This document shows positions 35,549 through 45,966 of a stretch of DNA of 64,000 nt, piece after piece. This stretch comes from an uncultured Gammaproteobacteria bacterium. Lineage in GTDB: Bacteria; Patescibacteriota; Patescibacteriia; Patescibacteriales; GWC2-42-12. Each line of letters opens with the position of its first letter. Position 1 is the stretch's first letter. The notes under the pieces were generated by a model. It was not told the origin of the DNA and did no database searches. It saw nothing but the letters and a program-made list of their open reading frames with translations. The stretch spans positions 14,725 through 78,724 of the forward strand of contig CAZGKM010000002.1 of assembly GCA_964526325.1 (NCBI GenBank), in the 5' to 3' direction. A program made the translations under genes and the position numbers.

Positions 35549-36168
35549 TAGAATCTTCTTTTAAACTTTCTTTCTATTTCTTCCTGCATTTTTCTAATTC
35601 TTTCGCTCGCATCATTTAAAGTTTTATTAACTCTTACATTTTCACTGCTGTGATTTAATTTTCTTATTAAATCTTCCTTCATTTTATCTATGCGCGCCTG
35701 AGCTTCATCAATAGTTTTTTGAGTATTTACATAACCGCTACCGCCCCTCACTCGCTCATGAATTTCTCTTTGGATGGCTTCCATTTTTTCTTTGTGTTTC
35801 CTCTCGGTTTCCCTTAAACTTTCTTCGGCTTTTCTTAGTTCTTCTTTCGCTTTTTGAGCTTTTTCCACGGCCTTAAAATAATCTTGAAAAAAATCATCAA
35901 ATTTTTTTTCTGGTTTCGCTTTTTCAAGCTTTAAATTATAATTTTTTCTTTTATTAGGATCGCTCAATACTTCATAAGCTCCGCTTATCTCCCTAAATTC
36001 GTCTTCCCTGCCTTTATTTTCCGGAATATCCGGGTGGGTTTCTTTAACGCGTGTTCTGTAGGCTAATTTAATTTCGTCGTCCGTAGCGTCCGGCAAAACG
36101 CCAAGAATCTCATAATAATTTTTTGGCTGTCTTACTTCTCTATTTGATTCAAAATTTTCATGCCCCAT
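35548..36168 (-). CDS. J-domain (DnaJ-like) protein with long coiled-coil tail
   Basis: YYEILGV…AYR…HPD…E…F…I…AYEVLSD is the J-domain HPD signature. The rest is a charged coiled coil. It is 16 nt downstream of the Type IIG gene on the same strand. Confidence 0.7.
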   Translation of the reverse strand: MGHENFESNREVRQPKNYYEILGVLPDATDDEIKLAYRTRVKETHPDIPENKGREDEFREISGAYEVLSDPNKRKNYNLKLEKAKPEKKFDDFFQDYFKAVEKAQKAKEELRKAEESLRETERKHKEKMEAIQREIHERVRGGSGYVNTQKTIDEAQARIDKMKEDLIRKLNHSSENVRVNKTLNDASERIRKMQEEIERKFKRRF

Positions 36169-36183
36169 ATTGTTATTTAAAAT

Positions 36184-38730
36184 TTATTTTCCTTCTATAA
36201 TTTTTATCTCCCCCTCCCCCAACCCATACAACTTATAAACTTCTTCATCAATTTTTTTATCAGTTTTAGAAATTTCATCTTTAATTTTCTGCCATTGGTC
36301 GGAATTTTCGGCTATTTTTCTAAACTCTTTATTTAAGTCTAAAATTTTATCAACCAATAGCACAATTTTCTTTTGCCCTAACTCTGACACTTTAATTAAA
36401 GGCAATTTTTCAACTTGAAAAACTCTCAGCTCAATAAAGCCACCCCTTAATGCAGTTTCGGAATATTTTTGCCTTACATAATAAGTTAGTAATTTAGAAT
36501 TGAGTAAACCCAAAATATATTTATTATCAGTATCATCTTCTGTCTTAATACAATAAGTAGTATTAATAGGATAATAACCAAATTCGTCTATACCAGCTTC
36601 CAAATTATAACAAAGTTTTTTCATTATTATTTTATTTTTAGAAAAATCCATTTCTCGCGCATTGCTCAAACTACCTTTATTATGTGTATTCAGATAATAT
36701 CTGCTTACTTGACGATTGCTAATAATAATATGATCTCCATCAATAATATTGCTTGAAGCGGCTAGCGGTCTCCATGCCTTAATTTTTATCACTTCTTTTA
36801 TATTTTCGCATTTTGAAATAATCGAATTTTTTTTCGTGAATCCGAAAGTTTCTAAAAGATTATAATCACCAACAACTTTTAATTTAGAATTTTTTATTTT
36901 ATTCAAAACTATGACCACGGGGTATACACTTGCATCTGGAAAAACGTTGAAACCAGAATAATCCTGAAAAGCAGATAAAATTGAATTTTCTAAAATTACT
37001 TTTCTTAATTCTAGGCCATATTTTGTAATCAAAAATTTATTAGGAGTAATAAAACTTAAAAAGCCAGCCGCTTTTAAAATACCCAATGATTTTTCTATAA
37101 ACAATATATATAAATCATATTGTTCCTTGGCTGTTAAATACTTTTTTTCAAAAAATATTTTATCATCCTGCGCTAATTCCCTTGCCCCGACATACGGCGG
37201 ATTACCAATCACACAATCAAATCCTCCCTGTTTAAAAACCTCCGGAAATTCTTCCTGCCAGTTAAAGGGATTTTTATCACGATAATTCTTGCCAAAATAT
37301 TTTTCCAGCTCCTCGTCCGTTCCGGAAATTAAAGAATTGCCGCATTCTATGTTATGGCCTAAATTAGGCAGCTTGGTCTGGCTGTCAAAAGTATTTAAGA
37401 GCAAATTCAGGCGCGCTAGTTCCACGGCCTGCTGGTCCAAATCCACGCCGTAAATGTTATTCTCTAAAATCTGAATCTTTAAATAGCCATCCGGCTTGGC
37501 GCCAAATTCTTCGTACTTTTTTATTAAAAAATTCATGGCCGCGACTAAAAACGAGCCCGAGCCGCAGGCCGGATCTAAAATCTTTATTTTTTGCAGATCG
37601 TTTATGCTTTGGCACTTATCCAGTACCGGACCGAGAGCGTTAGCTACGATATAATCCACAATATATTTAGGCGTATAATAAATTCCCTGCTCTTTGCGCT
37701 TTTTTAAATTTTTTCCGGTAGTTTCTTTTTCTTTGGATTTTTTTAACTGATGCCCTAAATAATTTTCATAAACATTGCCTAAAACGTCGGCCGGAATAAC
37801 CGAAAAGTCATATTCAAAATAATTCTTTTTGCCATATAAAATATTAATTACTTTTTCCGTGGCGCCGCCAAACTCTTCCCATTTTTCAAATGGGTGCTCG
37901 TCAAACATGTTGGAATTATATATTTTATCCAATTCTCTGAATTTTTTTATCATTGCCTGATAAGGGCTTACCTGCCCGGCTTTACCGCTTGATTTATATT
38001 CATGGATTAACGGCATTAAAGTCGGCGGTTCAATTTTTTTATCTTCGGCGCTGCGGATAAAAATTAAACGATTTAATAATTTTTGTACACCTTCATCTAT
38101 TAGATGCGGATCAACTTTTTCATTCCATTGAATAAAGGCATCGGTCAAAATTTCCCGGCAGTCGTTTAAATCTTTAGCTAAAGTTTCCGTAACCGATATT
38201 TTCTGCAATTTTTTGCCGACTTTTTCCGCTTCTTTATCTAAAATATCGTCGCCAAACGCTTCTTTGGAAAGCCGCCACAGTTCGTCAAAACGGGTTAAAT
38301 ATTCTTCGTAATTAAAAGATAAGTATTTCTTACCTGCTAAAGTTTTTTCCGGCGACAAAGCGTTAAAAATAATCAAACTTTCAAAATCGGTTAATACCGC
38401 CCAAGTCACGCCCTTATTCCAAGAATAGCGGATGGCCTGTTTAGCGAATTCTTCGCGGTGCAAATCAACCGATAATTTTTTAGCCTCCAAATAAAATTTT
38501 ATCCGGCCGTTTAAATAAAAACCGTAGTCTACGCGGTCGCCGGAAATCTGCTCTTCTAAAGTTATTTCTTCTTTACTTGAAAAATTCCACCCTAGCGCCT
38601 CAAACAACGGCTCAATAAAACCTCTCTTAGTTTCCTCTTCGCTATATCGTGAAATCTTCCCGGTGGCCTTCTCGACTTCGTATTTACTGATTAAATCTTG
38701 AATTTTAATTTTAGCCTGATCTTTATTCAT
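36184..38730 (-). CDS. Type IIG restriction-modification enzyme (MmeI-like: N-terminal nuclease + gamma-class N6-adenine methyltransferase + TRD)
   Basis: The N-terminus …EEETKRGFIEPLFEALGWNF… is MmeI/HsdR-N-like (D…E-x-K follows). Motif I is ILDPACGSGSFLVAA and motif IV is GNPPYVG. At 848 aa it is a single polypeptide. Confidence 0.75.
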   Translation of the reverse strand: MNKDQAKIKIQDLISKYEVEKATGKISRYSEEETKRGFIEPLFEALGWNFSSKEEITLEEQISGDRVDYGFYLNGRIKFYLEAKKLSVDLHREEFAKQAIRYSWNKGVTWAVLTDFESLIIFNALSPEKTLAGKKYLSFNYEEYLTRFDELWRLSKEAFGDDILDKEAEKVGKKLQKISVTETLAKDLNDCREILTDAFIQWNEKVDPHLIDEGVQKLLNRLIFIRSAEDKKIEPPTLMPLIHEYKSSGKAGQVSPYQAMIKKFRELDKIYNSNMFDEHPFEKWEEFGGATEKVINILYGKKNYFEYDFSVIPADVLGNVYENYLGHQLKKSKEKETTGKNLKKRKEQGIYYTPKYIVDYIVANALGPVLDKCQSINDLQKIKILDPACGSGSFLVAAMNFLIKKYEEFGAKPDGYLKIQILENNIYGVDLDQQAVELARLNLLLNTFDSQTKLPNLGHNIECGNSLISGTDEELEKYFGKNYRDKNPFNWQEEFPEVFKQGGFDCVIGNPPYVGARELAQDDKIFFEKKYLTAKEQYDLYILFIEKSLGILKAAGFLSFITPNKFLITKYGLELRKVILENSILSAFQDYSGFNVFPDASVYPVVIVLNKIKNSKLKVVGDYNLLETFGFTKKNSIISKCENIKEVIKIKAWRPLAASSNIIDGDHIIISNRQVSRYYLNTHNKGSLSNAREMDFSKNKIIMKKLCYNLEAGIDEFGYYPINTTYCIKTEDDTDNKYILGLLNSKLLTYYVRQKYSETALRGGFIELRVFQVEKLPLIKVSELGQKKIVLLVDKILDLNKEFRKIAENSDQWQKIKDEISKTDKKIDEEVYKLYGLGEGEIKIIEGK

Positions 38731-38835
38731 GTTTTTACTTTATCATTTCTCCGCTAATATTTCAACTTTACAAAACTTACCTTGTAAGATATTATTAATA
38801 TATGAAAGCTAACAATCATTGAGAGGAGGCAGGCT

Positions 38836-39402
38836 ATGGGGAAAGTGATTGATTTAAGCACCTTAAAAAATCGGCGGACAAGTTCGGAAACAGAGAATAT
38901 TCAAGGAGGCGACTTAACCGAACTGCTTAAAACGGCGACAACTTTGAGGCAAGAAGCGGTAGAAATTAAAGAAACCATTGTGGTCATGAATTTTGGTAAA
39001 TTTAAACGCCTACTGGAGGCCAGGCTTTCGGCCATTATTCTGAAAAGAAAAAATATCGGAGTTGATTTTTTTCTATGCAGCAATTATATCGCAGCCTTGC
39101 TGTCCGACCTCGGCAAAACCCCTCCCGAAAGCTGGTACGCGGTTGATTACTTTATGAAAGCCGCAACCGAAGACAAACCGACCGCCTTAAGAGAAGGAGC
39201 GAACATCTGTTTTTTAATTTGTGCCGTTTTCCCGGAAAAAGGCAAGGTCAGATGCATGAAACTGACAGATTACGAAACTCTTGGCCAAGGGTTATACTAC
39301 AATTATTACGGTCAAACCGGAGCGATTGTCGCCTATTTCATGAGTAAGCAATTTCAGCCGATGGTTGAAATAACTAAGGAATGCCTTCATGAACTAAAAT
39401 AA
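38836..39402 (+). CDS. hypothetical protein
   Basis: 188-aa ORF with a plausible SD (gagaggagg) and a terminator immediately downstream. I recognise no family. Confidence 0.4.
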   Translation: MGKVIDLSTLKNRRTSSETENIQGGDLTELLKTATTLRQEAVEIKETIVVMNFGKFKRLLEARLSAIILKRKNIGVDFFLCSNYIAALLSDLGKTPPESWYAVDYFMKAATEDKPTALREGANICFLICAVFPEKGKVRCMKLTDYETLGQGLYYNYYGQTGAIVAYFMSKQFQPMVEITKECLHELK

Positions 39403-39417
39403 ATCCATACACTCTAT

Positions 39418-39479
39418 ATCAGCACTTTATGTGCTGATTTTTTTATAAAAAAACACCGCTTAAAAAGCGGTGTTTTTTT
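39418..39479. terminator. two adjacent stem-loop terminators (convergent genes)
   Basis: atcagcac-tttat-gtgctgat+T7 and aacaccgc-ttaaaaa-gcggtgtt+T7. The second resembles the terminator at 32992. Confidence 0.65.
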
Positions 39480-39488
39480 GTATATTTT

Positions 39489-39938
39489 TTATTCGGCTAA
39501 TAATTTTTTTACTATCTCTCCGACTTTTCCGCCGTCGGCCTTGCCTTTGACGCGCGCCATTACCTGCCCCATAACTTTACCGAAATTATCATCCCCGGCC
39601 GCGATTACTTCCTTAATAATTTTCTCAAGCTCATCTTCCGACATCTGTTCCGGCAAATATTTTCCTAAAATCTTTATTTCGTTGTTCTCTTTATCAACTA
39701 AATCCTGCCGTCCGCCGGCCGCATAAGCCTCGGCCGAATCGCGGCGCTTTTTTATCTCGCTGGATAAAACTTCAAGCGCTATCTCGTCGGTCAGCTCGAC
39801 TGCGCCTTTATCGCGCAAAGCGATTTCTTTATTGCGCATAGCCGCGATCAGCATCCTTAAAACCGACGTGGTCTCCGCGTCTTTGCTTTTCATAGCAAGC
39901 ACCAAATCCTGATTTATTTGCTCCAATAATTTTGGCAT
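39489..39938 (-). CDS. GatB/YqeY domain protein
   Basis: 149 aa. …LVLAMKSKD…LRML…A… and a C-terminal …GKVMGQVMARVKGKADGGKV… are characteristic of YqeY. Confidence 0.7.
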   Translation of the reverse strand: MPKLLEQINQDLVLAMKSKDAETTSVLRMLIAAMRNKEIALRDKGAVELTDEIALEVLSSEIKKRRDSAEAYAAGGRQDLVDKENNEIKILGKYLPEQMSEDELEKIIKEVIAAGDDNFGKVMGQVMARVKGKADGGKVGEIVKKLLAE

Positions 39939-40090
39939 AACTTATTATGCCATTGCGAGCGACTGGAAGGAACGAAGCAATCTCACATACTCGGAGCTTA
40001 ACCAGAGATTGCCGCGTCGCCCCGTAAATGCAGGGCTCCTCACAATGACAACTAATAATCTTTATACTTTATACTTTATACTTTTTTTAT

Positions 40091-40327
40091 TTACCAGCGT
40101 TTTCTCGGCTCTTCTTCAAGCTTGCCGATTTTTTTTAAATATTCCCTTTTTGATCTTAATTTCATGCCGACAAGCGCGCGTTTTTTCTGCTGGGTTTTAT
40201 TTATTTTTGGCTTAACATGCTGAATTTGGCGGGCTAAATATAATTTGCCGCTTTGCTGGAGTTTCTTATTGAATCTTCTCAAAAAACTTTCGAAACTTTC
40301 TCCTTTTTTTCTTTTGAATTCTGCCAT
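40091..40327 (-). CDS. rpsU: 30S ribosomal protein S21
   Basis: 78-aa basic protein (MAEFKRKKGESFESFLRRFNKKLQQSGKL…KREYL). Start chosen at an internal Met. The pattern is S21-like. Confidence 0.55.
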   Translation of the reverse strand: MAEFKRKKGESFESFLRRFNKKLQQSGKLYLARQIQHVKPKINKTQQKKRALVGMKLRSKREYLKKIGKLEEEPRKRW

Positions 40328-40388
40328 GAGTCCACCTACCTCTCTAGATATGTTATTTTCTATGTCAAAATTATTCGACAAAGTTAAT

Positions 40389-41774
40389 TTATAATTTACT
40401 CGACGGCTTGCCCAATCTTTTTTCAATTTCCGCCACGATCTTTTTATAATCCACTATTTCCTGGATGCCCGACTCCATATCCCGGATTAAAATAGTGCCG
40501 TCCATAATTTCTTTTTGTCCTAAAATTAAAGTGTATCTTACTCCGGCCTGATTAGCCATTTCCAACTGGCTCTTTAAGCTGTCTTTAGTAAAAGCCTGGC
40601 GGACTTTAAAACCGTTTTTCCTTAATTCTTCAAACAAAACCATTATTTTTTTTCTGGCTTGTTCGCCTAAATGAGCTAAAAACAAATCGCCTTTTTCTTC
40701 ATCGCGCAAAGGAATGCTCTTTTCTTTTATTTTTAAAATCACCCTTTCTATGCCGATAGCGAAACCGCAAGCCGGAGTCGGCCGGCCGCCCATATATTCA
40801 ACCAATCCGTCGTAGCGTCCGCCGCCGCCCATGGCGTTCTGCCGTGATTGCTCTTCGGCCGACTTACCCTCCGCAGCCTCGGCAGAGGAAGGCCAAACTT
40901 CAAATACGGTTTTATTATAATAATCCAAACCCCTGACTAGGGTTGGGTTTAAATTATAAGGTATATTCAATTCATCCAAATACTCCAAAACTTTAATAAA
41001 ATGATTGCGGCAGTCATCGCACAAGCTATCGACTATCTGCGGCGCCTCAGCGGCAATTTTTTGACACTGCTTTTCCTTGCAATCAAGCAAGCGCAAAGGA
41101 TTTTTCACCAATCTTTTTTTGCAATCAATGCATAATTTTGCTCTGCGCCCGCGCTCTTTGTAAAAATTTTCCAGCTTTCCTAAATATTCCTTGCGGCATA
41201 AAGGGCAGCCGACGCTATTTATCTGAATTACGACTTCAAGCTGTAATTCGCTGAAAAAATAATAAGTTATGGCAATAAGTTCGGCGTCAGCGACCGGGCT
41301 GGCTTCACCGATATTTTCCAAATTAAACTGGCTGAATTGGCGAAAACGCCCTGCCTGCGGCTTGTCATGCCTAAAAACCTGACCGAGCCAAAATAACTTT
41401 ACCGGCTGGGGCAGATTAAACATGCCGTGCTCTATATATGACCTGACTATGCCCGGAGTTGCTTCCGGCCTAAGAGCGATCTTCTCGCCGTTCTTATCGA
41501 TGAAAGAAAACATTTCTTTAGTGACAATATCCGAACCGCGGCCGCTTGAACGCTCAAATAATTCTAAATTTTCAAGCACCGGCGTATCCATCCGCCTAAA
41601 GCCATAAGACCTTGAAAGTTCGGTAGCTTTTTTAATAACCAAATTCCAATATTTATATTCGTCGGGTAAAATATCTTTTGTGCCTCTTAAGCGCGAAATA
41701 AATCTGTTTTTTCTTGACCTGGAAGCTTTTTCTTCAGCTTCTTTATTGTCTTTTTTCTTAAAAAATTTTGGCAT
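40389..41774 (-). CDS. hisS: histidine--tRNA ligase
   Basis: Class II motifs, including …FRHDKPQAGRFRQFSQFNLE… (motif 2-like) and GGGRYDGL (motif 3 region). Confidence 0.85.
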   Translation of the reverse strand: MPKFFKKKDNKEAEEKASRSRKNRFISRLRGTKDILPDEYKYWNLVIKKATELSRSYGFRRMDTPVLENLELFERSSGRGSDIVTKEMFSFIDKNGEKIALRPEATPGIVRSYIEHGMFNLPQPVKLFWLGQVFRHDKPQAGRFRQFSQFNLENIGEASPVADAELIAITYYFFSELQLEVVIQINSVGCPLCRKEYLGKLENFYKERGRRAKLCIDCKKRLVKNPLRLLDCKEKQCQKIAAEAPQIVDSLCDDCRNHFIKVLEYLDELNIPYNLNPTLVRGLDYYNKTVFEVWPSSAEAAEGKSAEEQSRQNAMGGGGRYDGLVEYMGGRPTPACGFAIGIERVILKIKEKSIPLRDEEKGDLFLAHLGEQARKKIMVLFEELRKNGFKVRQAFTKDSLKSQLEMANQAGVRYTLILGQKEIMDGTILIRDMESGIQEIVDYKKIVAEIEKRLGKPSSKL

Positions 41775-41804
41775 AAATATTATGATTTTAAATTTTATTC
41801 TAGA

Positions 41805-42368
41805 TTAATAACTGTAATGCGGCGCGGAAAAAACATCAATTCTATTAAACGGCCAGCCTCTGAGCAAGACTCTGCCGGTTATTAATTTTCTATCCACCGG
41901 ACCGAAACTCCTTGAATCTTTTGATGAATTTCTATTATCGCCCAAAACATAATACTCACTATCGCTTAAAGTTATAATTTCTTCATTTAGGCCGTAAGTT
42001 TTATCGCCTGATTGCAAATATGTTTCTTCCAGCTTTACGCCCAGCGGATTTTCTTGATTATAAACATAAGCGTACCCGTCTTTAATTTGAATTTTTTCTC
42101 CCGGCAAGCCGATAATTCTTTTTATAAAATATTCTTCCTGATTTCTCGGATAGCGAAAAACAATTATATCGCCTCGCGCCGGCTCATGAAAACGATAGCT
42201 AATTTCATCAATAATTAAATATTCTTTATCGTAAAAATTAGGCTCCATAGAAGCTCCTTTAACATAAAACGGCTGGATTAAATAATACCTGACAGGAATA
42301 ATAATGGCCAAAGATACCGCCACCACCTTGATTAATTCAAATACATAGCTGAAAAAATTTTTCACCAT
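41805..42368 (-). CDS. lepB: signal peptidase I
   Basis: GASMEPN (catalytic Ser box), …GDIIVFRYP…, and YYVLGDNRNSSKDSR (box E). Confidence 0.8.
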   Translation of the reverse strand: MVKNFFSYVFELIKVVAVSLAIIIPVRYYLIQPFYVKGASMEPNFYDKEYLIIDEISYRFHEPARGDIIVFRYPRNQEEYFIKRIIGLPGEKIQIKDGYAYVYNQENPLGVKLEETYLQSGDKTYGLNEEIITLSDSEYYVLGDNRNSSKDSRSFGPVDRKLITGRVLLRGWPFNRIDVFSAPHYSY

Positions 42369-42713
42369 AAATTAAGTTTAATAGTTGCGTAATTCATCCT
42401 GTTAAATATAGCTCTTATCGCCAAATAATTCAAGTATTAGAATAAAAGCCAAAAAAAGCTATTTAGCATGAATAAACAAGCATGTAACTTTAGTTAATAT
42501 TTTGTCTACCCATTATTATAACAGCTTATCGTAAAAAAGACAAAAATATTTAAAACTGCGAACCGGTTGACAAAATTGGAATAAAAGATAATAATAAACT
42601 GGGCAACGAACCGCCGAAGTTGTCAAAATCCGTAAACAAATATATAATTATTACGTAATTAACCCCGTTAGATATTCATTATTAACGGGTATAAATAAAA
42701 TATCATTACAATC

Positions 42714-44222
42714 ATGAAAATATCTAACGGGGTGGATAAAAAAATTGATTTATTAAACCCAAGATCAGCCCAACCTGAAATTGCCGGAAAAACCGCAATC
42801 AAAACAAATAAAAATCTTAATACCAGACAATTTAAACCCATAGGGTTTATTTTAATTTTTCTCTTGGTTATTTATATAATTTTTTCTTTTAATAAAACGT
42901 CCAAAGAAGAATCGTCTTGGTTTTATAACCTGCCGATTATAAACCAGATTAAACATCTGGTAGAAAGCGCGGATACTAAATTAAAAGGCGAATCGGATGA
43001 CCGGATAAATATTCTGCTCTTGGGCATCGGCGGAAAAAATCATGACGGCGGCCTTCTGACCGATACTATTATGTTAGTCAGCCTAAAACCGAGTGAAAAA
43101 AAAGTGTCTTTTCTTTCCATTCCGCGCGACTTAGCCGTACCAATCGAAAATATGGGCTGGAGAAAAATTAATAGCGTCAACGCTTATGCCGAAATGAAAA
43201 ATCCGGGCACGGGCGGATTGGCGATAAGCCAAACAATAAGCGATATTTTTCAAATCCCGATTGACTATTATATAACCGTGGATTTTGCCGGCTTTGAAAA
43301 AATTATTGATGATTTAGGAGGTGTTAAAATTGATGTAGAAAACACTTTTGATGACTACGCATATCCAATATTGGGAAACGAAGATGCGCCGTGGAAAGAA
43401 AGATTCGAGCATTTGCACATAGAAAAAGGAGAACAAATCATGGACGGCGAATTAGCCTTGAAATATGTCCGCTCAAGGCATGCTTATGGCATTGAAGGTT
43501 CTGATTTCGCGCGCTCGCGTAGGCAGCAAAAAGTCTTGGAAGCAATCAAAGAAAAAGCTCTATCGCTTAATTTTTTATTTAAACCCAGCATGATTTCCAA
43601 AATAATTTCCGATATTAACGAAAATCACAGTACAAATTTAAAAATTTGGGAAATTATCAAGCTCTGGGGAATGGCGAAAGAAATAAAGAATGAAAATATA
43701 TCAAGCCGCGTTCTTGATAACAGCCCGAGCGGTCTTTTAGTAGATATAATCGGAGAAGACGGCGCCTACCTTCTCTCGCCCAGAAGCGGCGACTTCTCGG
43801 AAATAAAATATTTAGTAAATAATATTTTTACCGACGCGCCGGCAACCGATAAAGAAAAAGTAAAAATAGAAAAAGCTACTGTTGAAATCAGAAACGGCAC
43901 CTGGATAAACGGCCTGGCCAATAAAGCGGCTCTGGATTTAGAAAAATACGGCTTCAGCATTGTGCGCATCGGCAACACCGCGCAGAAAAATTTTGAAAAA
44001 TCGGTTATCTACGATTTAACCTACGGCGAAAAAATTCAAGCTTTATCTATTTTAAAAAATAAAACCGACGCTAATGTAGCTTTAGGCATGCCACAATGGT
44101 TGATAGACGACCTGGCTAAAGAAATTCAAGGCCGAATAAATCCGGTACAGCCTGATTTTATTTTAATTCTCGGCCAAGACGCGGATGAAACCCAATCCGG
44201 CGCAGTTAATACGCAACAGTAA
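42714..44222 (+). CDS. LytR-CpsA-Psr (LCP) family cell-envelope phosphotransferase with C-terminal LytR_C-like domain
   Basis: N-terminal TM, then ILLLGIGG…DTIMLVSL…SIPRD…GGV motifs. Confidence 0.7.
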   Translation: MKISNGVDKKIDLLNPRSAQPEIAGKTAIKTNKNLNTRQFKPIGFILIFLLVIYIIFSFNKTSKEESSWFYNLPIINQIKHLVESADTKLKGESDDRINILLLGIGGKNHDGGLLTDTIMLVSLKPSEKKVSFLSIPRDLAVPIENMGWRKINSVNAYAEMKNPGTGGLAISQTISDIFQIPIDYYITVDFAGFEKIIDDLGGVKIDVENTFDDYAYPILGNEDAPWKERFEHLHIEKGEQIMDGELALKYVRSRHAYGIEGSDFARSRRQQKVLEAIKEKALSLNFLFKPSMISKIISDINENHSTNLKIWEIIKLWGMAKEIKNENISSRVLDNSPSGLLVDIIGEDGAYLLSPRSGDFSEIKYLVNNIFTDAPATDKEKVKIEKATVEIRNGTWINGLANKAALDLEKYGFSIVRIGNTAQKNFEKSVIYDLTYGEKIQALSILKNKTDANVALGMPQWLIDDLAKEIQGRINPVQPDFILILGQDADETQSGAVNTQQ

Positions 44223-44231
44223 TCAACTGAA

Positions 44232-44340
44232 AATGACTAATGTCAAATGACAAATCAAATCCTAATATCAAAAAATTAATTAATTTTTTATTTAGTCATT
44301 TGACATTGATTTGACATTTGTCATTGGAAATTTGTCATTA
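44232..44340. repeat. palindromic AATGACAAAT/ATTTGTCATT intergenic element, copy B
   Basis: aatgactaatgtcaaatgacaaatcaaat … tagtcatttgacattgatttgacatttgtcattggaaatttgtcatt. The 32-mer is identical to copy A. Confidence 0.7.
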
Positions 44341-44350
44341 AAAATATTTT

Positions 44351-45805
44351 ATGGCAGTAACAGAAGAAAAAATGAATACCCTCCTTCCTCTCGTCGTTAT
44401 CTTCGGCCGAGCTAACGTTGGCAAATCAACTTTATTTAATTGCCTGACCGAAAAAAGGCAAGCCCTTATTTCCAATATCGCCGGCACTACCCGCGACAGC
44501 AATCTCGGCTTGGTCAATTGGAACGGCCGCAGCTTTGAAATTGTGGATACCGGCGGCATTATTGATTTAAAACATTTAACTAAAAAAACCGTTTCTGCCG
44601 ACGATATCTCCGATCAAGTGCAAAGTCAAGCCAGCCGATATCTGAAGCGGGCCGATTTGGTCATATTTTTAGTTGACAATAAAACCGGCTTACTGCCCCA
44701 GGATAAAGAAATGGCTCTTCTGATTAAAAAAAACGTTAACTCCGATAAGGTTATTTTAACTATTAATAAGGTTGATGCTCCGCGCGACCATTTAAAAATA
44801 TCTGAATTCTACAAATTATCGTTTGGCGAACTTTGCCCGATTTCCGCGGCTAACGGCTCCGGTACCGGCGATTTACTTGATATTATAATCAATAAATTAA
44901 TATTTAAAGACAAAAAAGGCTCTTCGGCTAATTCAAGGCAAGACGAGGAAGAAAAAGAAAGCCAAGCGCTTAAAATTAAAACTGATGAAGAAAATTTAAT
45001 CAAAGTCTGCATCATCGGTAAGCCTAACGTAGGAAAATCCAGCCTCCTAAATTCCCTTTTAGGTTACGAGCGGGTGCTTGTCAGCCCGAAGCCTCATACC
45101 ACGCGCGAACCCCAGCACACAAAAATAATTTATCAAGATCAGCCCATATTATTGATTGACACGGCCGGCATAAGCAAAAGAGGAACTAAAACAAAAGGTC
45201 TGGAAAAATTCGGCATTACTAAATCATTATCCGCCCTGGCAAAAAGCGATATCGCTTTAATGACCTTTGATATTAGCCAGGAAATTACTCATCAAGACGC
45301 CAGATTGATTGAGGAAATAGTTAATGCCCAAAAAAGTTTTATTTTTATCGCCAATAAATGGGATAAAATCGAAGAGCGGGACACAAAAAAATACACCGAT
45401 TATATTTACGGTAAACTGCCTTTCGCCCGTTTCGCGCCCATCCAATTTACTTCGGCTCTGACTGGAGAAAAAATAAAAAAAATCCTGGATTTAATTTTGC
45501 AAATAGCCAAAGAAAGAAAATTACGACTTAGCGATTCCCAGCTTAATAAATTTTTGTCTCGCATAGTTAAAATCCATCGGCCGGCCAAAGGCAAAGGCGT
45601 TAAGCACCCAAGAATCAGGGAATTTAAGCAAATCCAAGCTAACCCGCCAAAATTTGAAATGAAAATCGGCGCCAAAGAAGATTTGCATTTTTCCTATGTG
45701 CGCTTTATTGAAAATCGTTTGCGCGAAACTTACGGCTTCTTAGGCACTCCGCTTCATATTAACGTAGCAAAAAATAAAAATGTCCACGGTCTCCATAAAG
45801 ACTAA
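44351..45805 (+). CDS. der: ribosome-associated GTPase Der (EngA), tandem GTPase domains + KH-like domain
   Basis: Two G1 motifs (GRANVGKSTLFN and GKPNVGKSSLLN), DTGG/DTAG G3 motifs and NKVD/NKWD G4 motifs. The start may be the internal Met at 44372. Confidence 0.85.
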   Translation: MAVTEEKMNTLLPLVVIFGRANVGKSTLFNCLTEKRQALISNIAGTTRDSNLGLVNWNGRSFEIVDTGGIIDLKHLTKKTVSADDISDQVQSQASRYLKRADLVIFLVDNKTGLLPQDKEMALLIKKNVNSDKVILTINKVDAPRDHLKISEFYKLSFGELCPISAANGSGTGDLLDIIINKLIFKDKKGSSANSRQDEEEKESQALKIKTDEENLIKVCIIGKPNVGKSSLLNSLLGYERVLVSPKPHTTREPQHTKIIYQDQPILLIDTAGISKRGTKTKGLEKFGITKSLSALAKSDIALMTFDISQEITHQDARLIEEIVNAQKSFIFIANKWDKIEERDTKKYTDYIYGKLPFARFAPIQFTSALTGEKIKKILDLILQIAKERKLRLSDSQLNKFLSRIVKIHRPAKGKGVKHPRIREFKQIQANPPKFEMKIGAKEDLHFSYVRFIENRLRETYGFLGTPLHINVAKNKNVHGLHKD

Positions 45806-45966
45806 AGAATTTTTAATTTTATAATTTTAAAATAATATTTTAATATCTTAATTTTAATATTAAAAATTTAATAATTATTTAAAAATTAAAAATTGGAAAT
45901 AAAAATTTTCTATTATCATAAATTAATAAATTCAATATAATTTATAATATAAGCAAATTCAATTAT

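Noticed and set aside
44809-45675. Minus-strand ORFs of 62-89 aa
   Set aside because: They are nested antisense in the der GTPase gene, which has two clear G-domains.
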